DNA from: an uncultured Planctomycetia bacterium | Lineage (GTDB): Bacteria > Omnitrophota > Gorgyraeia > JABMRG01 | Assembly (NCBI GenBank): GCA_964634945.1 | Contig: CAZWMG010000001.1 | Coordinates: forward strand, 116,825 to 180,824 | DNA: 64,000 nucleotides | Direction of reading: 5' to 3' | Shown here: one piece after another, positions 39,335-50,968 of the stretch | How the letters are laid out: the number at the start of each line of letters is the position of its first letter | How positions within the stretch are numbered: the first letter of the stretch is position 1 | Notes under the pieces: generated by a model | The model's input: only the letters and a program-made list of their open reading frames with translations | Told to the model about the DNA's origin: nothing | The model's database searches: none | Translations under genes and position numbers: made by a program

Positions 39335-39823
39335 CTATTGTAATATGCCTAATATGCGGGCAAGAAAGAATATGGCTAAAGCAAACACAATTATAATAAC
39401 AAAATAGGCCGCGAACCTGCCTTTCGAGGCAGGGCCTTCTTTCATGGCTGTGGGTCCATGTTGCAGATCAGAATCATTTTGCGCTTCAAGATGCCCAAGG
39501 AGCCTGTTAAGAGATATGTATGTCTGATGCCAATCATTATTTATCTTTCGCAGGGCCTCTTCTGAAAGCATAGCTATAGATTTTAGTGATATGATCTTAT
39601 TAATTATATCAAATGCGCGATCTACTGTTGTCCTTTCAACAGGTAAAGAATCTACCAGTATCTGAAGTTTTCGGGCAACAATAGACTTTGTATCTAAAAA
39701 AAGGTCTTCCTCTGCTTCAGTAATAGAGGTTTTCTTCATCGCATCCTTACATATATGGTCAAACTTTTTCCAGAGCTCTAAAAAATCTTTTGTCTTTGCG
39801 ATAGATTCTTTTCTATTCTCCAC
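39335..39823 (-). CDS. Hypothetical protein with C-terminal TM anchor
   Basis: 162-aa ORF with GAGG SD; helical with a hydrophobic tail. Confidence 0.7.
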   Translation of the reverse strand: MENRKESIAKTKDFLELWKKFDHICKDAMKKTSITEAEEDLFLDTKSIVARKLQILVDSLPVERTTVDRAFDIINKIISLKSIAMLSEEALRKINNDWHQTYISLNRLLGHLEAQNDSDLQHGPTAMKEGPASKGRFAAYFVIIIVFALAIFFLARILGILQ

Positions 39824-39955
39824 GCTTTTTTCCTCGCATATTATACATAGTAATATTATTATTACTACGTGAAAGTAAAATACGTTCTCTGCGGTATTTT
39901 TTACATAACTTGTTTTTATACTTTAACATATAAGAATTTTCATGTCAATATATAT

Positions 39956-42900
39956 CTATACCGTAACGCTTACTACCCCTTCACCGATAAGGGTTTCTAT
40001 CTCCGATATTAACTCGTCTGTCGGGACTACGGAGAGCCTTTTTCCGGCTGCCATCTGTACTTTCTTTTTTTCGGGGGTCATAAAATTAATATATACGGGC
40101 GTGCTACCCTTATGCTTCATAAGTATCTCGCTCAACTTTGCCAGTATATCCTTCTCTAGGCCCGTTGTAATGAGCTCTACGGAAAGCGCTTGTGTGTATT
40201 TGTTACGCGCGTCTTCAAGAGGCAGGATCTCTTCGGCGATTATCTTTGGGGTATCTTCGCGAAGATTTACCCTGCCCTTAACGAAGACCATGGCATCTTC
40301 GGCTATATTTTTCTCAGCGGTCTTAAAGCTTCTTGGAAAAACTAGCACATCGATAGTGCCCTTTAAGTCCTCTAATCTTAAAATAGCCATCTTCTCACCT
40401 GTCTTTTTTGTAAATGTATATCTCGCCTTTGTAATAATACCGCCCATTGAAACCTCGTTTCCATCATGAACCTGATTTAGTGTCTTTGTTGTAGATGTCG
40501 TATAAAGTTTTAGTGATTTCTCATATCTAGCAAGTGGGTGAGATGATATATAAAAACCTAGGAGCTCTTTCTCAAATGCCAAAAGTTGCGGCTCAGGCCA
40601 CTCTTTTATATCAGGAACTTTCTGAAAATGCGACTTAAACTTATTGTCCGCTTTAAAATCATCAAATAGGGAATATTGGCCGCTTAATCTGTCCTTCTGC
40701 AAAACACTTGCTACGTCCAAGGCATGATCCAACATGGTCATCATCTGTGAGCGCCTGAGCTTGAAGCTATCCATAGCGCCGCATTTTATAAGACTCTCTA
40801 CTACCTTTCTATTGACTAACCTTAAGTCAACATGTTCTGTAAAATCATAAATGCTGTTAAAATTGCCATGTTCTTTTCTCGCCATAACAATGGAATCGAT
40901 AGCTCCAGCGCCTATATTTTTTACCGCTGCCAAGCCAAAACGGATAGAGTTTTTAACTACTGTAAAATTAGCGAAACTTTCATTAGTATCCGGCGGCAAG
41001 ATATCTATGCCCATGCGGCGGCTCTCTTCTATATATTGGGCGACCTTGTCTGTATTGTCGCGCTCACTGGTAAGAAGCGCTGCCATAAATTCGACGGGAA
41101 AGTGCGCCTTAAGATATGCCGTACGGAAAGATATGAGCGCGTATGCCGCTGAATGGCTTTTGTTAAAACCATAATTTGAAAAGTATTCAATGAGGCTAAA
41201 CACCTTATCTGATACGCTTCTATCTATATCGTTCTTTTGACATCCTTCGACAAAGTGCTGGCGTTGTTGCTGAATTACCTCCGGATTCTTTTTGCTTATC
41301 GCGCGCCGTAAGAGATCCGCTTGGCTCAATGTAAAACCAGCCAGTGTGTTGACTATCTGCATTACCTGCTCCTGGTACAATATAATGCCATGAGTATCTT
41401 TAAGTATAGCCTCAAGTAGCGGGTGGTCGTATTTTACTCTCATGCGGCCATGCTTTCTGCTTATGAAGTCATCCACCATGCCACTTCCGATAGGGCCCGG
41501 TCTATATAGGGCAAGCAACGCTATTAAGTCCTCAAAGGCAGTGGGCTTTAACTTCCGCAAAAGGTCTCTCATGCCATGGCTTTCTACCTGGAAGACGCCT
41601 AATGACTCCGCTTTCTGAAGTAACTCATAAGTCTTCTTATCATCTAAAGGCAGAGATCCTATATCGATCTCTTTGGCTTGTGTGCGCTTTATTATCTTGA
41701 CTGCCTCATCGATAACTGTAAGGGTCTTTAGGCCTAAAAAATCCATCTTTAAAAGGCCTATCTTCTCCAGAGAAGACATGGGGTATCCGGTAGAAATCTG
41801 GTTATCACTTGATTTAAATAATGGGATATAATTTGAAAGGCCTTTTTCGCTTATAACAACACCTGCGGCATGGGTTGAAGCATGTCGTGTTACACCCTCT
41901 AAGACCGCGGCTGTATCCATAAGCTGCGTAACCCGCTTATCATTTTTGTAAAGCTGCATAAGCTCAGGCTCCTGCTCGATAGCCTTTGCGAGTGTTATAT
42001 TAAGATCATTCGGCACAAGCTTAGCTATCTTATCGGCATCCTGATACGGAAAGCCCATAACCCTGGCAACATCCCTTATAACGCCTTTGGCCAACATAGT
42101 GCCAAATGTTATGATCTGCGCGACATTTTCAATACCATATTTTTGCCTTACATAATTAATAACTTCGTCTCTTCTCTCATAACAAAAATCTATGTCAATA
42201 TCAGGCAAGCTTATTCTATCCGGATTTAAGAATCTCTCAAATAGTAGGCCATAGCGCAATGGATCGAGATCCGTTATCCCTAAGCAGTAGCTTATTACAC
42301 TACCAGCGGCAGAACCTCTACCAGGACCAACGGGTATATTATTATCCTTAGCGTATCTTATAAAATCCCACACTATTAGGAAGTAGCTCAAAAAACCGCT
42401 CTCCTGAATTACCTTAAGTTCTTTTTCGATCCTCGATTTTACGGATTCATCGATCTGGGCATACCTACTCTCGGCCCCTTCGTCAATAAGCTCCTTAAAA
42501 AAAACTTCTCGAGTCTTTCCTTTTGGCGGGGTAAAATGCGGCAGATGCGTACTTTTTAAATCAAGCTCTAGATTGCATTTCTCAGCAATAGCTACGGTGT
42601 TCTTAAGAGCCTCGGGAACATCTTTGAATACACTTAACATCTCATCATGGGTCTTAAAATAAAATTCATCAGTCTGCATGCGCATGCGATTGGGGGCATC
42701 GAGAGTTGTCTGTGTCTGAATACAAAGCAGGGCCTCCTGTGCCTTGGCATGGGGTTGCTGAAGATAATGGCAATCATTAGTCGCGACCAAACCGATATCA
42801 AGGTCTTTTCCCATCTTTACAAGAGCGTTGTTTACCTGTTTCTGTTCAGGTATACCATGGTCCATCATCTCAAGATAGAAATTTTTCTTGCCAAATAGCT

Positions 42901-43399
42901 CAGCAAACTCTCCCGCGCTGCGGTAAGCCTGGTCAAGACGATCTGACATTATAAGATGGGCTATCTCGCCTTTTAGACACGCGCTAGAACATATAAGGCC
43001 TTGAGAATGAGCGCTTAGGACCTCTTTATCAATACGCGGCTTGTAATAAAACCCTTCGGTATAACCTATACTTACAAGCTTCATAAGATTATGATAACCC
43101 TGCTGATCCTTTGCTAACAGGATCAGGTGGTATGTTGCCTCCTGAATTCCATGGCTCGATTTGTCAAATCTGCTCTCCGGCGCAATATAGACCTCACAAC
43201 CTATGATAGGTTTTATGCCTATTTTCTTACAGAGCATATAAAATTCTATAGCGCCAAACATATTTCCGTGATCAGTAATCGCAACGGAAGGCATATTATA
43301 TACATGCGCAAGATTAACAAGCTCCGCAAGCAGGCTAGCCCCATCAAGCAGGCTATATTGAGTATGGTTATGAAGGTGTACAAAATTGGAATGTTTCAT
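39956..43399 (-). CDS. dnaE: DNA polymerase III alpha subunit
   Basis: HLHNHT.YSLLDG, GRGSAAGS, PDIDIDF, KMDFLGL, GFNKSH, OB fold. Confidence 0.98.
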   Translation of the reverse strand: MKHSNFVHLHNHTQYSLLDGASLLAELVNLAHVYNMPSVAITDHGNMFGAIEFYMLCKKIGIKPIIGCEVYIAPESRFDKSSHGIQEATYHLILLAKDQQGYHNLMKLVSIGYTEGFYYKPRIDKEVLSAHSQGLICSSACLKGEIAHLIMSDRLDQAYRSAGEFAELFGKKNFYLEMMDHGIPEQKQVNNALVKMGKDLDIGLVATNDCHYLQQPHAKAQEALLCIQTQTTLDAPNRMRMQTDEFYFKTHDEMLSVFKDVPEALKNTVAIAEKCNLELDLKSTHLPHFTPPKGKTREVFFKELIDEGAESRYAQIDESVKSRIEKELKVIQESGFLSYFLIVWDFIRYAKDNNIPVGPGRGSAAGSVISYCLGITDLDPLRYGLLFERFLNPDRISLPDIDIDFCYERRDEVINYVRQKYGIENVAQIITFGTMLAKGVIRDVARVMGFPYQDADKIAKLVPNDLNITLAKAIEQEPELMQLYKNDKRVTQLMDTAAVLEGVTRHASTHAAGVVISEKGLSNYIPLFKSSDNQISTGYPMSSLEKIGLLKMDFLGLKTLTVIDEAVKIIKRTQAKEIDIGSLPLDDKKTYELLQKAESLGVFQVESHGMRDLLRKLKPTAFEDLIALLALYRPGPIGSGMVDDFISRKHGRMRVKYDHPLLEAILKDTHGIILYQEQVMQIVNTLAGFTLSQADLLRRAISKKNPEVIQQQRQHFVEGCQKNDIDRSVSDKVFSLIEYFSNYGFNKSHSAAYALISFRTAYLKAHFPVEFMAALLTSERDNTDKVAQYIEESRRMGIDILPPDTNESFANFTVVKNSIRFGLAAVKNIGAGAIDSIVMARKEHGNFNSIYDFTEHVDLRLVNRKVVESLIKCGAMDSFKLRRSQMMTMLDHALDVASVLQKDRLSGQYSLFDDFKADNKFKSHFQKVPDIKEWPEPQLLAFEKELLGFYISSHPLARYEKSLKLYTTSTTKTLNQVHDGNEVSMGGIITKARYTFTKKTGEKMAILRLEDLKGTIDVLVFPRSFKTAEKNIAEDAMVFVKGRVNLREDTPKIIAEEILPLEDARNKYTQALSVELITTGLEKDILAKLSEILMKHKGSTPVYINFMTPEKKKVQMAAGKRLSVVPTDELISEIETLIGEGVVSVTV

Positions 43400-43409
43400 A
43401 GGATACTAA

Positions 43410-43438
43410 ATATTATACTAAGGTAGGATTTTTGTCAA
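43410..43438 (-). promoter_or_regulatory. Sigma70 promoter directly upstream of dnaE
   Basis: TTGACA (43438-43433) with TATAAT (N15) or TAATAT (N17). Confidence 0.6.
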
Positions 43439-43461
43439 GGAAAAGAAACCGCTTAATCTGT

Positions 43462-43719
43462 TTATGCTGAACTATCTATTGCTTTCTGCATACCGGCAAT
43501 CGTATGAAGCTTGAGCGTCACTTTGGCAGGGGGCTCTAGCTGGATACTGAACCTCTGGTAATCAATTAGATTAAAATCAGTAATTATCTCATTATTTAAG
43601 GGCCACAAGGTCTCCGGCCCAGAAAAACCTGATAGGATTAAGCCCTGTTGCGCGTTTGAGATACCTAAAAAAGATACGAATATTAGGATCAGTAATGATA
43701 AAATCTTTACCCAGCGCAT
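43462..43719 (-). CDS. Small hypothetical secreted protein
   Basis: Signal peptide MRWVK...SNA; AAGGA SD; upstream TTGACA. Confidence 0.55.
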   Translation of the reverse strand: MRWVKILSLLILIFVSFLGISNAQQGLILSGFSGPETLWPLNNEIITDFNLIDYQRFSIQLEPPAKVTLKLHTIAGMQKAIDSSA

Positions 43720-43839
43720 GATATTCCTTTCCAATAACAGCCTACTACTACAAAACTGGGTTGTCAATAAAAAATAATGGGCGGGCCTATTTTTATTAGG
43801 CGCGCTCATTCATACATATCAATATAAACTATACTACGC

Positions 43840-45000
43840 TTATTTTCCCATGCCTATACCTTGGGCCTGTTGAAATACCTTGCCTTCAGTCTGTATAGAT
43901 GGCGCGATAATAATCTCTACCAGATTCATCTCTTTTATATCCTTTGCTCCAAGACTGCCCATAGATGTTGTTAAGGCGCCCATGAGATTCTGTGAACCAT
44001 CATCCAGTTTCGCCGGGCCATAGAGAATCTCTTTAAGTGTACCTGTTGTTCCTACATGTATCCTGGTCCCGCGCGGAAGATTCGCGTGTGGTGTCGCCAT
44101 GCCCCAATGATAGCCTCTGCCCGGGGCCTCTTTCGCGCGCGCGAAGGCGGAACCTACCATTACAGCGTCCGCTCCTGACGCGAATGCCTTGCATATCTCG
44201 CCACCACGCGACATTCCACCATCTGTTACAATAGATACATAGCGTCCCTTCCTCTTAAAATAAAAATCTCTCGCCGCGGCACAATCCGCTGTTGCTGTCA
44301 CCTGCGGAACGCCTATGCCAAGAACGCCTCGCGTTGTGCAAGCGGCACCGGGGCCTATGCCTACTAATAGGCCTTCTATACCTGTGTCCATTAACTCAAG
44401 GGCGGTCTTGTAACTGCACGTGTTACCTACCATTACAGGTATACGCATCTTCTTGCAAAACTTTTTAAAATCAAGCACTTTATACTCTTTTGTCATGTGC
44501 TTAACAGTAGTAACCGTAGACTGAACAATAAAGATATCCGCTCCGGCCTTTTGCGCGATCTCACCGAAGCGTGTAGCCCTTTGCGGTATAGCACTTACAA
44601 CAGCGGGCACGTTTGCTTTCTTTATCTCTTTTATTCTTTTCTCGATAAGCTCTTCTTTTATCGGTGTTGTATATAAAGATTGTACAAGTTCTGTAGCCTT
44701 CTGGGGTGTTGCCTTGGCTATCTTATCAAGAACCTGATTAGGATTAGCGTATCTAGTCTGCACGCCCTCTAAATTTAATACCGCAAATCCACCGAGTTTA
44801 CCAAATTCTATAGCAAACTTCACATCAACTACGCCATCCATGGCCGCGGCTATTATCGGTACCTTGAATTTAATATTTCCTAACTGCCAGGTCGTATCAA
44901 CCTCATTAGGATTTACAGTAACATCGCCAGGTACAAGCGCTATCTCATCAAACCCATAACATCGCCTTGCTTTTCTATCTTTTCCAATCCACTCGCCCAT
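43840..45000 (-). CDS. guaB: GuaB3-type IMP dehydrogenase-related protein (no CBS domains)
   Basis: [33 protein letters not shown]. Confidence 0.88.
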   Translation of the reverse strand: MGEWIGKDRKARRCYGFDEIALVPGDVTVNPNEVDTTWQLGNIKFKVPIIAAAMDGVVDVKFAIEFGKLGGFAVLNLEGVQTRYANPNQVLDKIAKATPQKATELVQSLYTTPIKEELIEKRIKEIKKANVPAVVSAIPQRATRFGEIAQKAGADIFIVQSTVTTVKHMTKEYKVLDFKKFCKKMRIPVMVGNTCSYKTALELMDTGIEGLLVGIGPGAACTTRGVLGIGVPQVTATADCAAARDFYFKRKGRYVSIVTDGGMSRGGEICKAFASGADAVMVGSAFARAKEAPGRGYHWGMATPHANLPRGTRIHVGTTGTLKEILYGPAKLDDGSQNLMGALTTSMGSLGAKDIKEMNLVEIIIAPSIQTEGKVFQQAQGIGMGK

Positions 45001-45019
45001 TATTATCTCCTTAATGAAT

Positions 45020-45089
45020 AGGTACAGGTAAAGGTAGAGGCAAAGATTTTAGACTTTCTAAAAATTTTACCTTCACCGATACATTTACC
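45020..45089. repeat. Hexamer-periodic imperfect palindrome in the guaB3 leader
   Basis: AGGTAC AGGTAA AGGTAG AGGCAA ... TTTACC TTCACC GATACA TTTACC. Confidence 0.6.
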
Positions 45090-45181
45090 CTTTTTAAATT
45101 GACCTACATTGCACCATATATTAACCAATGAGATGTAAATTGTCAAGACAGTTTTTAACGGCTGGTTTTTCAAAACCTTTT

Positions 45182-45233
45182 TTCAAGACCGGTTCTCAAG
45201 CACGGGTACTTGTGCTTGAGAACCGGTCTTGAA
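45182..45233. repeat. Perfect 22-bp inverted repeat
   Basis: ttcaagaccggttctcaagcac-gggtactt-gtgcttgagaaccggtcttgaa. Confidence 0.9.
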
Positions 45234-45234
45234 T

Positions 45235-46682
45235 CTATTTCAGTGCGCCGCCTAAGTAACTATTGAAATCCTTATCTATCCTGTTAATATTCCTGTGATA
45301 GACCTCTTTCAACGCCTCCTGCCAGGCGCTGCCTTCTTCAAGCTCCTTTAATAGTCTCTTTATTTTATATTTTGTATAGCTTTCCATCAGATAGGTAAAG
45401 AATAATCGTGCCTGTATATATGCCGCCCTGCTATCGTCCTGGTTGGTCTTATTATCAAACATAACACTAAGTGCTTCTATTGAAAATTGCCCGTTTCTTT
45501 CAATGTATGCTGACAGGAACTTTATATCCGCGGGACTAATGTTCGGACCCGGTTCATTATATTGCGCAAAACCCTCGTGTAACCAAATAGGGATATTATT
45601 ACCGTAATTAATAAATATAATCGCGTGCGCGTATTCATGAAAAAGAATCCTTCTTAATGTCTCATCCCCTCGAGATATATCCTGGCTTTTAACACGGATC
45701 TTTCCATCGTATAGCCCTTGAGTCCAATGCGGCTGCTCTGTCGCCACTTCAAATTGATCATCAGCATAGACCACAACGGGCACAACCTCATCCAGATACA
45801 GATTAAACTCCCTTCTTAAGCTGGCGCGCGCGTCTTCCAGCATATCTGAGATCAGTGCTACATAATCTGAATCGAGCTCCTTGTCAAAGCGTATCCTAAA
45901 GCGACTCTTTCTTTTTGTTCCAAAGCCGTTCTCTATGCTACTTTCTCTTTTTAGTTTTTCTATACGTTCTTTTAGATTATCATTCTCCGGATCACGCTCT
46001 AGCGCCATGAACCAATATTCCAAGGCATCGTAAAAATTATCCTGATTGTAATAGATATTACCTGTGAAGACATAGGCTGATGGCATCTCGGGAAAAAGCT
46101 CAATAGCGTCTTTTGATAGGCGCAGTGCCTTACGATAATTTTTCTTCTTTTGCAAAGAGTCCGCGCATTGAAGCATCACGTTGTAAAGATTTTTATTTAA
46201 AGGTCTTGAATGAGGCGAATAATCCAAAGCATACTCAAGATTGTCTATAGCGGAATTATATTCATTTGAAGAGGCGTATCGCAATCCATAATTATTGTAA
46301 AATGTGGCAAGCTGCTCTCTAAATATTTCATTTTCAGGATCATATCTTAATGCCTGCTTCTCACTGTGAATAGCATTGGATAATTCATTCTTCAATGAAT
46401 AAGATGCCGCCATATTATGATAAGAGACACTCAGGTTTTTCTTAATAACCATGTTCTCCGGATCGTTCTTATGTGCGGATTCAAAGTAGATTATCGCCTC
46501 CCGGTAATTCTTCTCTCGCATCTTTTCTATGCCTTTTCGGTTAAAATCATCGGCTATAGAAGAAAAAGCAGGTAAAGGCGTAAAAGCGATAACGCTAAGA
46601 ACTAACGTAAAAAGCAAAATGGGGCACAATGCTCTGTGCCCCATTTTGGATGTTCTTTGTTTTTTAAGAACGTAAGATGACA

Positions 46683-46683
<1 letters not shown>
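45235..46683 (-). CDS. Secreted TPR protein with C-terminal peptidase-MA (gluzincin) domain
   Basis: Signal peptide, TPR helices, GLYDG.I, HEYAH...P.WLHEGFAQY; true start may be further in (MGHRAL). Confidence 0.85.
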
Positions 46684-48347
<1,664 letters not shown>

Positions 48348-48382
48348 TTATCGCATAAATACGATATGTTAGCATTTCAACC

Positions 48383-48673
48383 TTATTTCTTAAGTACTGC
48401 CAGTATATCCTCTTCCTTAACTATAAGCATATCTTCGCCTTCTACCCTGATTTCAGTCCCGGAATACTTGCCATATAGAACTTTATCGCCAACCTTTACT
48501 TCCATTGCTACTGTCTTGCCATTCTCTACCTTACCTTTGCCAACTGCCACTATCTTGCCTTCCTGTGGCTTTTCTTTTGCGCTGTCCGGTACAATGATGC
48601 CACCCGCTGTCTTCTCTTCAGCTTCTAACGGCTGTAAGAGCACTCTGTCCCCTAATGGTTGTACTTTAGCCAT
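48383..48673 (-). CDS. groS: Co-chaperonin GroES
   Basis: PLGDRV, TAGGII.PD.AKEKP. Confidence 0.99.
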   Translation of the reverse strand: MAKVQPLGDRVLLQPLEAEEKTAGGIIVPDSAKEKPQEGKIVAVGKGKVENGKTVAMEVKVGDKVLYGKYSGTEIRVEGEDMLIVKEEDILAVLKK

Positions 48674-48706
48674 GCCTACACCTCCTTATGTATTTTTAGG
48701 CTTTTG

Positions 48707-48733
48707 TTAGCACTCTTATCTAATGAGTGCTAA
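48707..48733. promoter_or_regulatory. CIRCE element (HrcA operator)
   Basis: Exact TTAGCACTC-N9-GAGTGCTAA upstream of groES. Confidence 0.96.
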
Positions 48734-48788
48734 TTAGTTTTTGCTATCATTTCCCTTTGAAAAATGGGATTTTGTTTGAAGAAAGTGT

Positions 48789-48816
48789 ATATTACCAGAT
48801 TTTCTGAACTTGTCAA
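48789..48816 (-). promoter_or_regulatory. Sigma70 promoter of groESL
   Basis: TTGACA-N16-TAATAT with TG extension. Confidence 0.55.
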
Positions 48817-48822
48817 GTATTA

Positions 48823-48950
48823 TTTTTGCATAATTTACGCGAAAGGAATGAGAGTAAATTATATGCAAAAATTATATCCTGAGGATGCAAAGCATCCGAA
48901 GGATCTCAAGCTTGCATAATTTACGCGAATGAGATAAGAGAAAATTATAT
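48823..48950. repeat. REP-like mosaic
   Basis: 18-bp direct repeat ttgcataatttacgcgaa (48826, 48912); 48876-48904 is a 27/29 reverse-complement match to 34932-34960. Confidence 0.75.
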
Positions 48951-49850
48951 TTATTGGGAAGGGGCCTGTTTTGTTATAACACCTTGGTGGCGTGAAATTG
49001 ACGGCGTAAAACCTGTCACCTTTATAGAGGTAAGTATTCCAAGAGCAATAAATGATATCCAGAAGAGTGAAGATAACAAGTAAAATAACGTGCTTTGTAA
49101 AATAGGCTTTTTGTCTTTCATGCCTTTAAGTGAATTGAATAGGCCTATTAACGCTAGAGCAAAAATAAATAGCATAACAATATTTGAAAGCTTTATTACA
49201 CCGAAAACCGAAAAGCTATCAGCTCTTAAAAATTCATTGAAGAATCGCATAAAAGAGTACAATGCTATCACACAGAAAAAAGTAGCGCCTTTGTACTGCC
49301 TTAACTTCTTGTATTGGATAAACATTGTAATAAAAATAGCAAGCGCGGCGATCGCCGCGTAAACTTGCGTAGGATGTCTGAATCCCGGCCTTGAATAAAC
49401 ATTAACTGCCCATGGCAGATTACATCGAAGCCCGAAACAACACCCATTTAATAGGCATCCGATACGTCCTATTCCACGACTGAGCATGAGAAAAGGCGCT
49501 ATGTAATCCGCGTTCTTTAAAAAAGATGTCATTGTTATAGCTGAAAAGATCCATAGGCTTATGAATCCTAATAATGGTACTCCTAAATACGCCATACCAG
49601 ACCTACTTATAATGGTATCTAGGGGGGCTGTGGGATAGTTTATATAGTTTACCAATACGCCAAATGCCCTTGCTCCAAAAACACCAAATATCGCAAACAA
49701 CGCTCCGACAATAAATAGCTGCAAGCGCGAGAGAGCAAAATCTTTAGGCCTAAAATAGACAGCGCATAATATAGATATTATATAACTAAGATTCAAACAG
49801 AGCGTCCACGCGTGTATATTAGAACTGCCTATAACAATATATGGATACAT
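48951..49850 (-). CDS. lgt: Prolipoprotein diacylglyceryl transferase (Lgt) family
   Basis: MYP, GAR, GRIGCLLNGCCFG, PW, HPTQ.Y, RF..EFLR. Confidence 0.8.
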   Translation of the reverse strand: MYPYIVIGSSNIHAWTLCLNLSYIISILCAVYFRPKDFALSRLQLFIVGALFAIFGVFGARAFGVLVNYINYPTAPLDTIISRSGMAYLGVPLLGFISLWIFSAITMTSFLKNADYIAPFLMLSRGIGRIGCLLNGCCFGLRCNLPWAVNVYSRPGFRHPTQVYAAIAALAIFITMFIQYKKLRQYKGATFFCVIALYSFMRFFNEFLRADSFSVFGVIKLSNIVMLFIFALALIGLFNSLKGMKDKKPILQSTLFYLLSSLFWISFIALGILTSIKVTGFTPSISRHQGVITKQAPSQ

Positions 49851-49855
49851 ATTTC

Positions 49856-50434
49856 CTATTTACCCGCTTCATCAGACAAAGCACGGGCAGATAGAAACTG
49901 CTTTTTTACTCTCACCCGTGTAAAGAAAAATATTACCAGTAAAAGATAAAGTAAAGAGCTTATTCTTACAATTAGAGCTGTCTGATACAACTTCTTATAT
50001 ACTAATGCGGCATACTCTTCTTCTGTAAGATCATTATCCAGCCTCAACTGTTCAGGAATAGCTGTATAGCCGGCCCATATCCTCTCTTGTGAATCAGGTG
50101 CTGTCCTCATATATTCTATAGATTTATTACTTAACGGTATAGAGATTAGAGCCATATAGAGCAATTGTATAACTGTAAGGAGCAAGACCAGTCTTCTTGC
50201 CCAATCTCTTAGCCTGAACATGTTTACCGAACCTATTATAAATGAAATATTGCTAATTATTGAATAGACTATAATAAGAATAAGGGCCGCTCGCGGCAAG
50301 ATCTGAGAAAAACCAGCCTGTATGCTACCTGTTCCTAAAAGCCTAAATATACTTATGATTAGTATGGATAACGCAAAAAATACAACGCCTGCGGACCTTC
50401 CTTTGCGTCTAATCTTTAATTCTTCGTTATTCAT
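49856..50434 (-). CDS. Hypothetical integral membrane protein
   Basis: About 4 TM segments, WAR motif, FFFTR..VK.QF. Confidence 0.75.
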   Translation of the reverse strand: MNNEELKIRRKGRSAGVVFFALSILIISIFRLLGTGSIQAGFSQILPRAALILIIVYSIISNISFIIGSVNMFRLRDWARRLVLLLTVIQLLYMALISIPLSNKSIEYMRTAPDSQERIWAGYTAIPEQLRLDNDLTEEEYAALVYKKLYQTALIVRISSLLYLLLVIFFFTRVRVKKQFLSARALSDEAGK

Positions 50435-50558
50435 ATATCCCCCATTTATTGGCGTTTCTATAATAAGTAATTAATTATAAATATACAGTATAATATAGAT
50501 TATATCAAGCGGTATTTCTATTGATATAAGAAAAAATAAGCCGCAGACAAAAGAACAA

Positions 50559-50918
50559 TTAATAGGCCTTATCCGCTATCTTATCGATAAGATCCCTGTC
50601 TCTTTTTTTTATCTTTTCGAACTGCGTTGCTATAAAACATATCTTCGGATAGGAATCTTTTTGTGGTTTCTTATTGCGGATTACCCTGCCGATACATCTT
50701 ATCGTATGCGCGGAAAAAGGAAATATAATTTTAAAATTAACCCGCATACCTGTTGTTAAATCATCATCGTAAGTAAATAACATGCCGCCGGCGCTGAGGT
50801 TACGCACTGTTACTATATCCCACTTACTAAAACATCTCCTGATGAAAACAAAGCTTACAGTCCTAAACCATGACATAAAACTTCTCTCTATCCTCCTATG
50901 TTTTCTCTTCTCCTCCAT
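50559..50918 (-). CDS. Stand-alone PilZ domain protein
   Basis: EKRKHRR, NLSAGG. Confidence 0.88.
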   Translation of the reverse strand: MEEKRKHRRIERSFMSWFRTVSFVFIRRCFSKWDIVTVRNLSAGGMLFTYDDDLTTGMRVNFKIIFPFSAHTIRCIGRVIRNKKPQKDSYPKICFIATQFEKIKKRDRDLIDKIADKAY

Positions 50919-50968
50919 GACATACCCCCCCTTCGGTTGAATATCCATAGCAATACTTCGTCATAGTA

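Noticed and set aside
48826-48929. 18-bp direct repeat as a mini-CRISPR or att pair
   Set aside because: Only two copies, 68-nt palindromic spacer, no cas or integrase nearby
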